A program made the translations under genes and the position numbers. DNA of 32,000 nt from Sinorhizobium meliloti (lineage in GTDB: Bacteria > Pseudomonadota > Alphaproteobacteria > Rhizobiales > Rhizobiaceae), in contig NZ_JAGIOS010000001.1 of the NCBI RefSeq assembly GCF_017876815.1, forward strand, positions 1,560,001-1,592,000. Reading direction: 5' to 3'. This document shows, piece after piece, positions 18,825-27,396 of this stretch (position 1 is the first letter of the stretch; every line of letters begins with the position of its first letter). The notes under the pieces were generated by a model. That model was given only the letters and a program-made list of their open reading frames with translations, was not told the origin of the DNA and searched no databases.

Positions 18825-19427
18825 TCATTTCGGCAGGAAGTGCATGGGTTCGCCCGCCTTCTCGCCGCGATTTCCGTGATAGGATGCCTGGTCCGTGCCG
18901 CAGCGGAAGCTTGCGGCTCTTTCGTCGGCTATCCTGCGCGCCAGCGTGTTCGCATCGGCATTGGCGAGCGCGTCGACATAGCCGATGACGCAGCCGTCGC
19001 CGTCCTCCTTCTGCGCGACCTTCGAGATCACCAGAACCTGTCCCTCGAACGCCTTGGTGCTCCTGTCCGTCTGGGGGTCCGGGTTCTCGATGATCCAGCG
19101 CAGGATGGCGGCGACCGGCTTCCCGTTGGCGTCGAGGCGCCATTCGACGGTCGTTTCGGCATGGTTGAAGGGACCGAAACTCTCGAAGCCGTTCTCCAGA
19201 TAGCTTTGCCTGGCATGGCCGAAGAAGAAGCTCTGGCGCATATCGCTCTCGATGAAATGGACGGGATAGTCGCCTATGCCGGGACAAAGCATCTGCGACG
19301 AGGCGCCTTCCCACTCGCGCAGGAGCCGGCACTTGTCGCGGCTGGCGTCTGTGTAGGCGCTGTCATTGGCAAGTGCAGGCGCCGAGATCAGGGCGGCGGA
19401 AAGAAAATAGCGAAGTTTCGGGCGCAT
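18825..19427 (-). CDS. Secreted/periplasmic hypothetical protein (four Cys)
   Basis: AGGAGA lies 4-5 nt upstream of ATG 19427. Signal peptide MRPKLRYFLSAALISAPALA|NDS. No family recognised. Confidence 0.7.
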   Translation of the reverse strand: MRPKLRYFLSAALISAPALANDSAYTDASRDKCRLLREWEGASSQMLCPGIGDYPVHFIESDMRQSFFFGHARQSYLENGFESFGPFNHAETTVEWRLDANGKPVAAILRWIIENPDPQTDRSTKAFEGQVLVISKVAQKEDGDGCVIGYVDALANADANTLARRIADERAASFRCGTDQASYHGNRGEKAGEPMHFLPK

Positions 19428-19584
19428 TGTCTCTCCTGCGAAGATAAATATCAGCCCTGCCCCTTTTTAGCCGCGCGGCGTGCCTACAGCAAATCCGCCC
19501 GCCCGGAACCAAAGTCATGTTGCATCGCGGCATGTTTCCCTTTATCCGACGGGACGACTTTTCAAACGACCCCTGGAGGTGCTC

Positions 19585-20118
19585 ATGCGGATCGACGCGA
19601 TTTCCATCGGAAAGAATCCACCGGAAGATGTCAATGTAATCGTGGAAGTCCCGGTCGGCGGGCATCCGATCAAGTACGAAATGGACAAGGAGGCCGGCAC
19701 GCTGGTGGTCGATCGCTTCCTCTACACGCCGATGACCTATCCGGGCAATTACGGCTTCGTGCCGCACACGCTTTCCGACGACGGCGATCCGATCGACGTG
19801 CTGATCTGCAATACCCGTCCGCTGGTTCCGGGCTGCGTCATCAATGTCCGCCCGATCGGCGTGATGATGATGGAAGACAATTCCGGTCAGGACGAAAAGA
19901 TCATCGCGGTCCCCTCCGCCCATCTGACCAAGCGCTACGACAAGGTGCACGATTACACCGACCTGCCGGAAATCACCCTCAAGCAGATCGAGCACTTCTT
20001 CGAGCACTACAAGGATCTGGAGCCCGGCAAGTGGGTGAAGATCTTCGGCTGGAAGGATGCCAGCATGGCCAAGCAGCTGATCCGGGAAGCGGTCGAGCGC
20101 GCCAAGACGAAAAAATAA
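19585..20118 (+). CDS. ppa: Inorganic pyrophosphatase (family I)
   Basis: ATG 19585 is preceded by GGAGG. Sequence reads [48 protein letters not shown]. The track start at 19480 is over-extended. Confidence 0.97.
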
Positions 20119-20144
20119 TCGTTTCGCTGTTTTACTGAGACATG

Positions 20145-20180
20145 AAAACCTCCGGCTCGGCCTCGATCCGGAGGTTTTTT
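20145..20180. terminator. Bidirectional intrinsic terminator between ppa and yggT
   Basis: AAAACCTCCGG-12 nt loop-CCGGAGGTTTTTT. The A run and T run flank an 11-bp stem, so it reads as a terminator on both strands. Confidence 0.8.
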
Positions 20181-20188
20181 GCGCTTTA

Positions 20189-20265
20189 GTCTAGATCACG
20201 ATGATTTTAGGTGGAGTCGGCCTGCACGGGCGAAACCGCACACACTTTTCCTCATTCCCGCTCTA
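20189..20265. repeat. Dispersed intergenic repeat, copy 2
   Basis: GTCTAGATCACGATGATTTTAGG...GCGAAACCGCACACACTTTTCCTCATTCCCGCTCTA. The 5' half of the core resembles copy 1 and the 3' half resembles copy 3. On the minus strand it reads ATGAGGAAAAGTGTGTGCGGTTTC. It overlaps the yggT stop codon. Confidence 0.6.
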
Positions 20266-20556
20266 ACGCAGCAGCGCCGGAGCGATGGTGGTGTTCAGGA
20301 AGAGCTGGATGAAATAGAGGATCACCAGCACGACGAGCGGCGAAAGGTCGACGCCGCCCATGTCGGGCAGCACGCGCCGGATCGGCCGGTAGAGCGGCTC
20401 GGTCAACTGATAGAGTGAGCGGCCGATCATGTTGATCGCCTGATTGTTCACGTTGATCACGTTGAACGCATAGAGCCAGGAGAAGATGGCCGAGGCGATG
20501 ATCAGGAACCACGCAATGTTGATGATGAAATTCAAAGTGCCGATGACAGCAAGCAT
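20263..20556 (-). CDS. yggT: YggT family membrane protein
   Basis: ATG 20556 is preceded by GGAGA at a 5-nt spacing. 97 aa: MLAVIGTLNFIINIAWFLII...LTEPLYRPIRRVLPDMGGVDLSPLVVLVIL. Confidence 0.8.
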   Translation of the reverse strand: MLAVIGTLNFIINIAWFLIIASAIFSWLYAFNVINVNNQAINMIGRSLYQLTEPLYRPIRRVLPDMGGVDLSPLVVLVILYFIQLFLNTTIAPALLR

Positions 20557-20791
20557 GCCGGTCTCCAATTCGTTGTTGACAGACATGTAGACATTAGGAA
20601 CTAAACGAGCAAGTACGCCGGCCTGCCTCGCGTGATCATGTTTAATGGCACGGAGCGCGCCTTTCTTCCCTTCCCTGCAGTGCTCCGCGGTTTTTCCGAT
20701 GCGCAAGGATCGCTGCAGGATTTCAATTTCTGCACGCTCCCGCTGCTCGGTCGGCGACGGTATCAGGAGCCTGCAGCAGGAGCATTCCAGC

Positions 20792-22039
20792 ATGTCGGCC
20801 GTCCATGCCGCGCACCGTTTCGCCGCCTTCAGGCACGTCGGCTACCGGCGCTATTTCTTCTCCCGCCTGCTCGCCTATTTCGCCGTCCAGATCATGTCCG
20901 TGGCCGTCGGCTGGCAGATCTACGATCTGACGCGCGATCCTTTCTCGCTCGGTCTCATCGGCCTCTTCCAATTCCTGCCCTCCCTCGTTCTCATTCTCGT
21001 GACGGGCAGCGTGGCGGACCGCTACAATCGCCGGGCGATCATGGGCATCTGCATGCTGGTCAGCACGCTCTGCGGCGCAGCACTTCTCCTTTTGACGGTG
21101 ACGGGACTATTTTCACCCTGGCCGGTTTACGCGATCCTTGTCGTGTTCGGCATAGAGCGGGCTTTCCTGGGCCCCGCTTCCCAGTCACTGGCGCCCAATC
21201 TGGTGCCCGCGGAAGATCTGCCCAATGCGATCGCGTGGAATTCGACCTCGTGGCAGACGGCGATGATCGTCGGCCCGGTGGCTGGCGGGCTTCTCTACGG
21301 ATTCGGCCCGACCGTGCCCTATGCGGTCAGCCTCGGCTTCTTCGCTGCCGGCGCCCTGATGGTCTTCGCCGTGCCGAAGCCCGCAAGGCGCTCGCCGCCG
21401 TCGGCCGCAAACTGGCAGACGATCACCGCAGGGTTCCGCTACATCAAGGCCGAGAAGATCGTGCTGGGGGCGATCTCGCTCGATCTCTTCGCCGTGCTGC
21501 TCGGCGGCGCCGTCGCGCTCATGCCGGTCTTCGCGCGGGACGTCCTGACGCTCGGGCCGTGGGGCCTCGGCCTCCTGCGGGCCGCGCCCGGTGTCGGCGC
21601 GGTCGGAATGGCGGTGTGGCTGGCCGCCCATCCGATCCGCAATCGAGCCGGTCTCTACATGTTCGTCGGCGTTGCCCTCTTCGGCCTGGCAACGGTCGTT
21701 TTCGGCCTGTCGGCGACGCCATGGATCTCGATCGCCGCGCTCGTCGTCATGGGCGCTTCCGACATGATCTCGGTCTATGTGCGCGAGATACTCATCACGC
21801 TCTGGACCCCGGATGAGCTGCGCGGCCGCGTAAACGCCGTCAACATGGTATTCGTCGGTGCTTCCAACGAACTCGGCGAGTTCCGCGCCGGCATGATGGC
21901 GTCCGGCTTCGGCACGGTTTTCGCGGTCGTCTTCGGCGGCGCAGGCACGCTTCTCGTGTCGCTCCTCTGGGCACTCGGCTTTCCGCAATTGCGCAGGATC
22001 GATACGCTGGATGTGCCGGAGGCGCAGCGGAGGGGGTGA
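20792..22039 (+). CDS. MFS transporter (MFS_3 / EntS-like)
   Basis: ATG 20792. FRHVGYRRYFFSRLLAYFAVQIMSVAVGWQIYDLT and about 12 hydrophobic segments. Confidence 0.85.
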   Translation: MSAVHAAHRFAAFRHVGYRRYFFSRLLAYFAVQIMSVAVGWQIYDLTRDPFSLGLIGLFQFLPSLVLILVTGSVADRYNRRAIMGICMLVSTLCGAALLLLTVTGLFSPWPVYAILVVFGIERAFLGPASQSLAPNLVPAEDLPNAIAWNSTSWQTAMIVGPVAGGLLYGFGPTVPYAVSLGFFAAGALMVFAVPKPARRSPPSAANWQTITAGFRYIKAEKIVLGAISLDLFAVLLGGAVALMPVFARDVLTLGPWGLGLLRAAPGVGAVGMAVWLAAHPIRNRAGLYMFVGVALFGLATVVFGLSATPWISIAALVVMGASDMISVYVREILITLWTPDELRGRVNAVNMVFVGASNELGEFRAGMMASGFGTVFAVVFGGAGTLLVSLLWALGFPQLRRIDTLDVPEAQRRG

Positions 22040-22057
22040 GCATCTGAACTGGAGGCC

Positions 22058-22207
22058 GCCCCTCATCCCGCTGCCGCGACCTTCTCCCCGCAGGCGGGGA
22101 GAAGGGACAAGACGCGCCCGCTCGCCCCGAATCGCGGGATGTTGAAGAAGGAAGCGGCAAACTCGTCCCCTCGCCCCGCTTGCGGGGAGAGGGTTAGGGT
22201 GAGGGGC
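22058..22207. repeat. RIME/REP-like palindromic intergenic element, copy B (composite)
   Basis: The 5' module 22058..22106 is near-identical to copy A, with hairpin CCTTCTCCCCGC-AG-GCGGGGAGAAGG (22080..22105). The 3' module is CCCTCGCCCCGC-TT-GCGGGGAGAGGG. Outer 8-bp inverted repeat GCCCCTCA/TGAGGGGC. Lies between the convergent MFS and GATase genes. Confidence 0.8.
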
Positions 22208-22216
22208 ATTCGCAAC

Positions 22217-22975
22217 TCACGACTGCAAGCTCTTCCGGAATTCCTCCCCGCATTCACCATTCATGAAAATCAGCTCCAGGAAATTCTCCATCCATGTCCG
22301 CAAGGGATGGTCGTGGAGCATGCGGCCCTCCAGATGCGCTTTGCCCAGTTGGGCACCGGGGAGCTCGAAGCGATGGGCACCGTGCACCACCCAGCGATGC
22401 ATCATCGCCCGCGTCAGCTCGCCGTGGAACTGGATGCCCCAGGCGTTCTCGCCGTAGCGGAAGGCCTGGTTCGGGTAGGTGTCGCCGGTTGCCAGCAATT
22501 CGGCGCCCTTCGGCAGGTCGAAGCCTTCGCGGTGGAAGTGATAGACCATCGCGGGCCAGTCCATCAGCGCCTTGCCGGCCTGCGTGGCTCTCAAGGGATA
22601 CCAGCCGATCTCGGTCATGCCTTCGTGATGGGCTTCGACCCTGCCGCCGAGATTTCGGGCCAGCATCTGCGCCCCGAGACAGATTCCGAGATAGGGCTTG
22701 TTTTCCAGAAGCGGCACGGACAGCCAGTCGATTTCGCGCCGGACGAACTCCTCCTCGTCATTGGCACTCATCGGTCCGCCGAAGATGATCGTCCCCGAAT
22801 GCGCTTCCAGCGTCGGCGGCAGCTCGTCGCCGAGCGCGGGGCGGCGGATGTCGAGCGAAAAGCCCTTCCGCTCGAGAATCTGGCCGACGCGGCCGGCGCT
22901 CGAGCGCTCCTGATGGAGCACGATGAGGATGGGTCTTTTGGCGTCTCTCTTGGTGTCTGGGGCCTCTGGCGGCAT
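22217..22975 (-). CDS. Class I glutamine amidotransferase (GMP synthase-like GATase domain protein)
   Basis: GICLGAQ nucleophile elbow and QFHGE His/Glu. Start is ATG 22975, or TTG 22981 overlapping the TerB stop. Confidence 0.85.
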   Translation of the reverse strand: MPPEAPDTKRDAKRPILIVLHQERSSAGRVGQILERKGFSLDIRRPALGDELPPTLEAHSGTIIFGGPMSANDEEEFVRREIDWLSVPLLENKPYLGICLGAQMLARNLGGRVEAHHEGMTEIGWYPLRATQAGKALMDWPAMVYHFHREGFDLPKGAELLATGDTYPNQAFRYGENAWGIQFHGELTRAMMHRWVVHGAHRFELPGAQLGKAHLEGRMLHDHPLRTWMENFLELIFMNGECGEEFRKSLQS

Positions 22976-22977
22976 CG

Positions 22978-23457
22978 TCAACTTTCCTGTTGCGCCTCGT
23001 TCTCCTCCACCATGTCGATCTTGGCGGCTGCTTCCTGGCGTTTCAAGACCCGGTCACGCCCCGAAACGCCGAGGAGGTCGGCAATCCGCCAGATCACGTG
23101 GTCTTCCATTTCGCTGCGCGCACCGTCGGCGTAAACGATTTCCCACAGCATGCCGACGAGCTCGATGCGTTGCTCCTCGGGCAGGTGCCGCTTTATGTCC
23201 GACGTGAACTGGTAGAAGTCGATCGCTTCGCTTTCGGCGCTCTCGCCGGCCGCGATCAGGGCATTGAGAGCGGCATCGTCGAGCTTGTAATGCTCCTTGA
23301 TGAGCTTGCGCATCTTGCGGCGCTCGGAGCTGCGGACCGCGCCGTCCGCTTCCATGACCTGGAAGCAGAGGCCGATCACCGCCACGCGCGGGTCCCCCGC
23401 TTCAATCCGCGCTGAGCCCGTCATTCCTTCCAGAAATGCGCGAAAACGTTCAAACAT
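22978..23457 (-). CDS. TerB-family (tellurite-resistance TerB/DjlA-N-like) protein
   Basis: 159 aa with two ADG-type repeats: VMEADGAVRSSERRKMRKLI and IVYADGARSEMEDHVIWRIADLLGV. Confidence 0.75.
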   Translation of the reverse strand: MFERFRAFLEGMTGSARIEAGDPRVAVIGLCFQVMEADGAVRSSERRKMRKLIKEHYKLDDAALNALIAAGESAESEAIDFYQFTSDIKRHLPEEQRIELVGMLWEIVYADGARSEMEDHVIWRIADLLGVSGRDRVLKRQEAAAKIDMVEENEAQQES

Positions 23458-23492
23458 GCACTATCGCCTGCAGCCTATGGAGATGTCTGGGT

Positions 23493-25130
23493 TCAGAAAA
23501 GACGGAAGTTGGTGGTGGTCCGTTCCGCCGCCGCCGGCTCGCGCACGCCCGGATCGTCCGGGGGGCGGCCGAAAAAGGGATCCGGTGCCTCCTCGGCATC
23601 CTTGCCCTTTGCGGGCGATGCGGCCGGTTCCTTCCGGTCGGGAACGCTGATCGCCTTCTCCGGCCCGGCCCGTTCTCGCTCAACCCGTTCTCGCTCGGTT
23701 TGATCGCGCTCGGCTGTCGGGGCAGCCTCGACCGTCCGTTCAGGAGCCGGTTCCTCGACCGGGCGGGGCACGGTCGCGACTGGCGGGAGGCTGCGAATTG
23801 CCTGGTCGGGGTTCAGATGCCCGTCCTCCGTTGCCGCCGCGATCTGCGACGGCGGAGCTTTCCACTCGAAGGCGTCGAGGCGGCCGCTGACCGGGGAGAC
23901 CGGCAGCCAGACCGGTGAGGTGACGCCGTCGGCGGTCCAGGCCGGATCGCGCGGGCTCTTCAGCGCCTGTGCCATCCAGTGACGGATGCGGCCCTCGTCG
24001 CCGGTGTCTGCCTCCTCGATGTCCGCGAGCAGCAGAAAAATGCTCTCCCTCGGCTCGAGGCGGGCGGCGGCCTCTGCCTTTGTGCGCGCAAGAGCAAGTT
24101 CGCGCGCGTCGAGCGCCGCCTCGGCAACGGTCGCCAGTGCGACGGCATTGTTGCTGCGGAGCGATTCAAGCTTCTTCGCCCGCTTCAGCCGGTCGAGGGC
24201 GGAGTCCCCGCCGCGCGCCCGCACATAGAGACGCGCGATATCGGGATGCGGATCCAATTTCCACATCCTCTCGAGGATCGAAGCACCCTTGCGCAGATTT
24301 TCCTCGCGAAAGAGCGCCTTGGCGGCAACGAGCGCCGCCGGCACGAGGCGGTCGTCGAGCTTCAGCGCCGCCTGCGCGTCGTCCCGGGCGGATTTCGGGT
24401 CTGCATCCAATCTTTCCATTGCCCGTGCGGTCAGAAGAACGGCCTTTTTCCGGTCCGCTTCGTTCTTTTCGAGCACATGGGCGGCGCGGCTCTGGTCGAG
24501 CAGGCGGATTGCCTCGTCCCACTGGCGCGCCTGGCTGCGATGGTCGAGCGTTGCCAGGGTAGCCCACGGCAAGTGCGGCGCTTTCTCGGAGGCGCGCTCG
24601 GCATATTGGCGCGCAGCCTCGTTGGCGCCGAGCCGCTTGGCTTCGAGATACAGCCCGCGCAGGCCGAGTTCGCGCGTCTCAGGGTCGTCCGCCATCGCCT
24701 CGAATTTTTTGCGTGCGTCGTCGTATTTGCCTTCGATCAGCGCCGTCTGCGCTTCGAGCAGATGGATGAGCGGCTCCTGATCCGAGCTGATGAGGTTTCG
24801 CGTGCGCGCGGCCATCTTGCGGGCGAGATTGGCGTCGCCGGCGCCGGCCGCGATCAGGCCGGTCGACAATGCCTGATAGCCGCGGTCGCGCTTGCGGGAG
24901 CGAAAGTAACGCGTGACGGTGTGCGGCGACAACCAGATCGTGCGAAGCAGCCAGACGACGATCAGAACGGCAGCGAAGAGCGAGATCAGGATCGAGGCGG
25001 CGCGCATCAGGCTCATCTCGATGAGTTGGCCCTGCCAGATCAGCGACAATTCCCCCGGACGATCCGCGAGCCAGGCAAAGCCGAGAGCCAGGCAAAGGAC
25101 GAGCAGTACGAAGAACAGTATCCGGATCAT
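23493..25130 (-). CDS. HemY-like protein (HemY_N, two N-terminal TM helices, TPR-like repeats, Pro/Glu/Arg-rich tail)
   Basis: MIRILFFVLLVLCLALGFAWLADRPGELSLIWQGQLIEMSL..AASILISLFAAVLIVVWLL..RYFRSRKRDRGYQAL. Sits 18 nt downstream of the Mic60-like gene. Confidence 0.85.
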   Translation of the reverse strand: MIRILFFVLLVLCLALGFAWLADRPGELSLIWQGQLIEMSLMRAASILISLFAAVLIVVWLLRTIWLSPHTVTRYFRSRKRDRGYQALSTGLIAAGAGDANLARKMAARTRNLISSDQEPLIHLLEAQTALIEGKYDDARKKFEAMADDPETRELGLRGLYLEAKRLGANEAARQYAERASEKAPHLPWATLATLDHRSQARQWDEAIRLLDQSRAAHVLEKNEADRKKAVLLTARAMERLDADPKSARDDAQAALKLDDRLVPAALVAAKALFREENLRKGASILERMWKLDPHPDIARLYVRARGGDSALDRLKRAKKLESLRSNNAVALATVAEAALDARELALARTKAEAAARLEPRESIFLLLADIEEADTGDEGRIRHWMAQALKSPRDPAWTADGVTSPVWLPVSPVSGRLDAFEWKAPPSQIAAATEDGHLNPDQAIRSLPPVATVPRPVEEPAPERTVEAAPTAERDQTERERVERERAGPEKAISVPDRKEPAASPAKGKDAEEAPDPFFGRPPDDPGVREPAAAERTTTNFRLF

Positions 25131-25148
25131 ATAGTCTTCTTTCTCCCG

Positions 25149-26465
25149 CTAACCTTGCTTGCCCGTGCGCGTCATGGTGCCGGCGACGGCGGCATCGATC
25201 ACCGTTTCGACGCCAAGCCGCCGGTCGAGCTTCTCCTTGAACCCCTGGCCGGCGGATTTCGCGGCTTCGGGAAGGCTGTCCCATTCGAGCGATGCGCCCT
25301 TGAGATCGCCGTTATCGAGCTTGTCTTCGATGCGGGCGATCACCGCTTCCGGCGTGTCGCCTTCGACGCTGCCGACCGGCCGCACGCGGATGCCCGACAT
25401 TGCGCTGGAGACGAGGCGATCGAAAATGCCCTGATTGGGATCTGGCCGGTGCAGCGCGTCCAGCATCGCGTCCGCCGCCGGCCGGAAACTTTCCTTCAAT
25501 TCCGTCCGCGTGGGGACCCCTGTCGCGGCGACATCGGCCAGTTCCTTGACGGCCGGATCCTCGGGGGCGATGCTGCGCAAGGCGTCGAGTTCGGCGAGGA
25601 ACGGCCCGCCGCGATCGATCGCCGTCTTCAGTGCGGTGACGGCAACGGCTTTCGCCATCTCGATATCGTTCGCAGGCTCGTTGAGCTTCTGCTCCGCCTG
25701 GTCGATACGGCCGGCAAGTTCCGCCCTGGCGGCGTCCGCCGCCTGGCGAGCCTCGGCAAGCTCGGTCTTCAGGGCGGCCATTTCATTCGTCAGATTGGTG
25801 ACCTCGGCTTCGAGCGCCTTGATCTCGGGAGCGCCCGCCGCAGCTGCGCCGGGCTCTCGGGCCGCCTGTTCCAGGGCCGCAAGGCGGTTTTCCAAAGGGG
25901 CGACGTCCACTGGCGCCGCCGGGGCCTGTGCCTGAAGCTCCGCCTTGATCGCTTCGATCTCGCTCGCAAGGTTCTGCTCGGTGCCCGGCTGCTCCGGTCC
26001 GGGCGCCGGAACGTAGCCGGCATATTGCAGCACGCCGGCACCGGCGAGCGCTATGAGACCGCCGAGGATGCCGGCTGCAAGCGCACCTGCGCCTGTGGCC
26101 TGTCTCCTCTTTGCCTCGGGCAGTTCGCCGTTGGTCGCGTGCGGAAGCTCCGCGTCGAAGGCGGCCGCAGCCGCGTCGGCGCGTGCCTCCTCCATCTCTG
26201 TTTCCTCTTGCGGAGTTCCCTCTTTCGGATCGCCCGCCGGCAAAGGAGGTTCGCCGATACCGGCTTCGTTGCTTTCGACTTCGCCGGTTCTTACTTCGCC
26301 GGCTTCAGCCGCCTCGCTCGTCGAAATATCCGCCGGCTTGCTCTTCGCCGCATCCGGGCCGGCCGCTGCCTCGGCCGCCGCAGGTTCGGTCTTCTCCGCC
26401 TCGAGATCGATCGTCAGCGGTTCTTTCCCGGGTTTCGAGCGGCGCGGCGGCTTTTCCGATGCCAT
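25149..26465 (-). CDS. Alphaproteobacterial Mic60/mitofilin-like protein (in the HemX position)
   Basis: ATG 26465 is preceded by AAGAGG at a 5-nt spacing. Acidic low-complexity N-terminus, one TM segment (GALAAGILGGLIALAGAGVL), an Ala/Glu coiled coil, and a C-terminus ..ARIEDKLDNGDLKGASLEWDSLPEAAKSAGQGFKEKLDRRLGVE that resembles the mitofilin signature. Confidence 0.7.
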   Translation of the reverse strand: MASEKPPRRSKPGKEPLTIDLEAEKTEPAAAEAAAGPDAAKSKPADISTSEAAEAGEVRTGEVESNEAGIGEPPLPAGDPKEGTPQEETEMEEARADAAAAAFDAELPHATNGELPEAKRRQATGAGALAAGILGGLIALAGAGVLQYAGYVPAPGPEQPGTEQNLASEIEAIKAELQAQAPAAPVDVAPLENRLAALEQAAREPGAAAAGAPEIKALEAEVTNLTNEMAALKTELAEARQAADAARAELAGRIDQAEQKLNEPANDIEMAKAVAVTALKTAIDRGGPFLAELDALRSIAPEDPAVKELADVAATGVPTRTELKESFRPAADAMLDALHRPDPNQGIFDRLVSSAMSGIRVRPVGSVEGDTPEAVIARIEDKLDNGDLKGASLEWDSLPEAAKSAGQGFKEKLDRRLGVETVIDAAVAGTMTRTGKQG

Positions 26466-26522
26466 GGTCACCTCTTTACCGTTTCATTGCCTGTCGGTGT
26501 AGGCCTGAGCGGATCTGCAGCA

Positions 26523-26559
26523 GGAACGCTCCGCACTTTCCTCATCCGATCTAAACGCA
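26523..26559. repeat. Dispersed intergenic repeat, copy 3 (partial)
   Basis: CGCACTTTCCTCATCCGATCTAAACGCA versus copy 2 CACACTTTTCCTCATTCCCGCTCTAACGCA. Confidence 0.5.
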
Positions 26560-26684
26560 AACCTAGTCAGCGAGGATGACGAGGGAAAGCCCCAGACCGT
26601 GCTTTTTGACGGAAATGCCCCAGATGACCCGAGCAATGTGAAGAAGGCAGGCGGAAAACCGGCGCCGACTTTGCTGATTTGGCC

Positions 26685-27392
26685 TCAAAGAAGCCGCAAG
26701 AGATTTTCCTCGTCTGGCACCGCCGCGACCCCGCAGGGTAGACCGTCCGGCAGGGTCTCTCTTATCGGCCAGCTCAGGCAGAGAAAGCGCGAGGCGAGGT
26801 CCGCGGGTTCAAGCCCGCTCTCCCGCAATGCTGCGTCCAGGCGCCGCGCGCTCTCGCGGGAATAGAGCATGACCGCATCGAAGGGGCCCGCGCGGAGGAG
26901 TCCGGGCAGCGTCTCCGCAGGATAGTGGACCGGCGCCATCCGGTAGCATTCGGCGGTCCTGTGCTCGATCCGCCGTTGGTGCAATGCCCGTTCGAAACCG
27001 TCGGTTCGCGGTGAACCGGCGAGATAGACCAGCGTTTCGCCGGGGGGGAGAAGGGCAGCCACCGTCTCGGCGAGTCCTTCGCCGGTTCCCGGTCCGATGC
27101 GGACATCGGTAAATCCGAGATCGCCCGCAGCGCGCGCCGTCGCTTCGCCGACTGCAAAGAGCGGAGTTGCAAGGTGTGGCTCAAGCGCCGGTCCGAGCGC
27201 GCCGAGGACGCGGACCGCCTCCCCACTGCTGACGGCGATCGCCTGGTGGGGCTCACTCAATGCTGCCCGGGCCGCGCCGGCGAGATGCTGCGCCTGCATA
27301 AGCGGCAGGATGACCGCTTCGTGACCCATGGCGCTGAGCCTTGCCGCCGTCCTTTCGGCGGCCGGGCGTGGCCGGGTCACGAGCACGCGCAT
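26685..27392 (-). CDS. hemD: Uroporphyrinogen-III synthase
   Basis: ATG 27392, 5 nt after the hemC stop, gives MRVLVTRPRPAAERTAARLSAMGHEAVILPL (typical HemD N-terminus). About 235 aa. Confidence 0.8.
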   Translation of the reverse strand: MRVLVTRPRPAAERTAARLSAMGHEAVILPLMQAQHLAGAARAALSEPHQAIAVSSGEAVRVLGALGPALEPHLATPLFAVGEATARAAGDLGFTDVRIGPGTGEGLAETVAALLPPGETLVYLAGSPRTDGFERALHQRRIEHRTAECYRMAPVHYPAETLPGLLRAGPFDAVMLYSRESARRLDAALRESGLEPADLASRFLCLSWPIRETLPDGLPCGVAAVPDEENLLRLL

Positions 27393-27396
27393 CGGA

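Noticed and set aside
20557-20791. 235-bp yggT/MFS divergent gap checked for a riboswitch or other structured RNA (several CTGCAG repeats; TTGACA at 20574)
   Set aside because: There is no match to any riboswitch consensus I know. The TTGACA lacks a convincing -10 at 16-18 nt. The repeated CTGCAG hexamers are too short to interpret.
23669-23696. 15-bp in-frame tandem duplication (CCCGTTCTCGCTC x2) in the HemY-like tail, encoding RERVE/RERAG
   Set aside because: There are only two units, inside a low-complexity Pro/Glu/Arg-rich tail. It is most simply a slippage duplication, not a repeat array or regulatory feature.
23979-26579. 866-aa plus-strand ORF spanning the HemY-like and Mic60-like genes
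   Set aside because: It is Arg/Gly/Ala/Pro-rich with no recognisable motifs, and it runs antisense across two genes and their intergenic gap. The minus strand encodes recognisable HemY_N and coiled-coil/mitofilin-like proteins with SD sites. Long antisense ORFs are expected in high-GC DNA because stop codons are rare.
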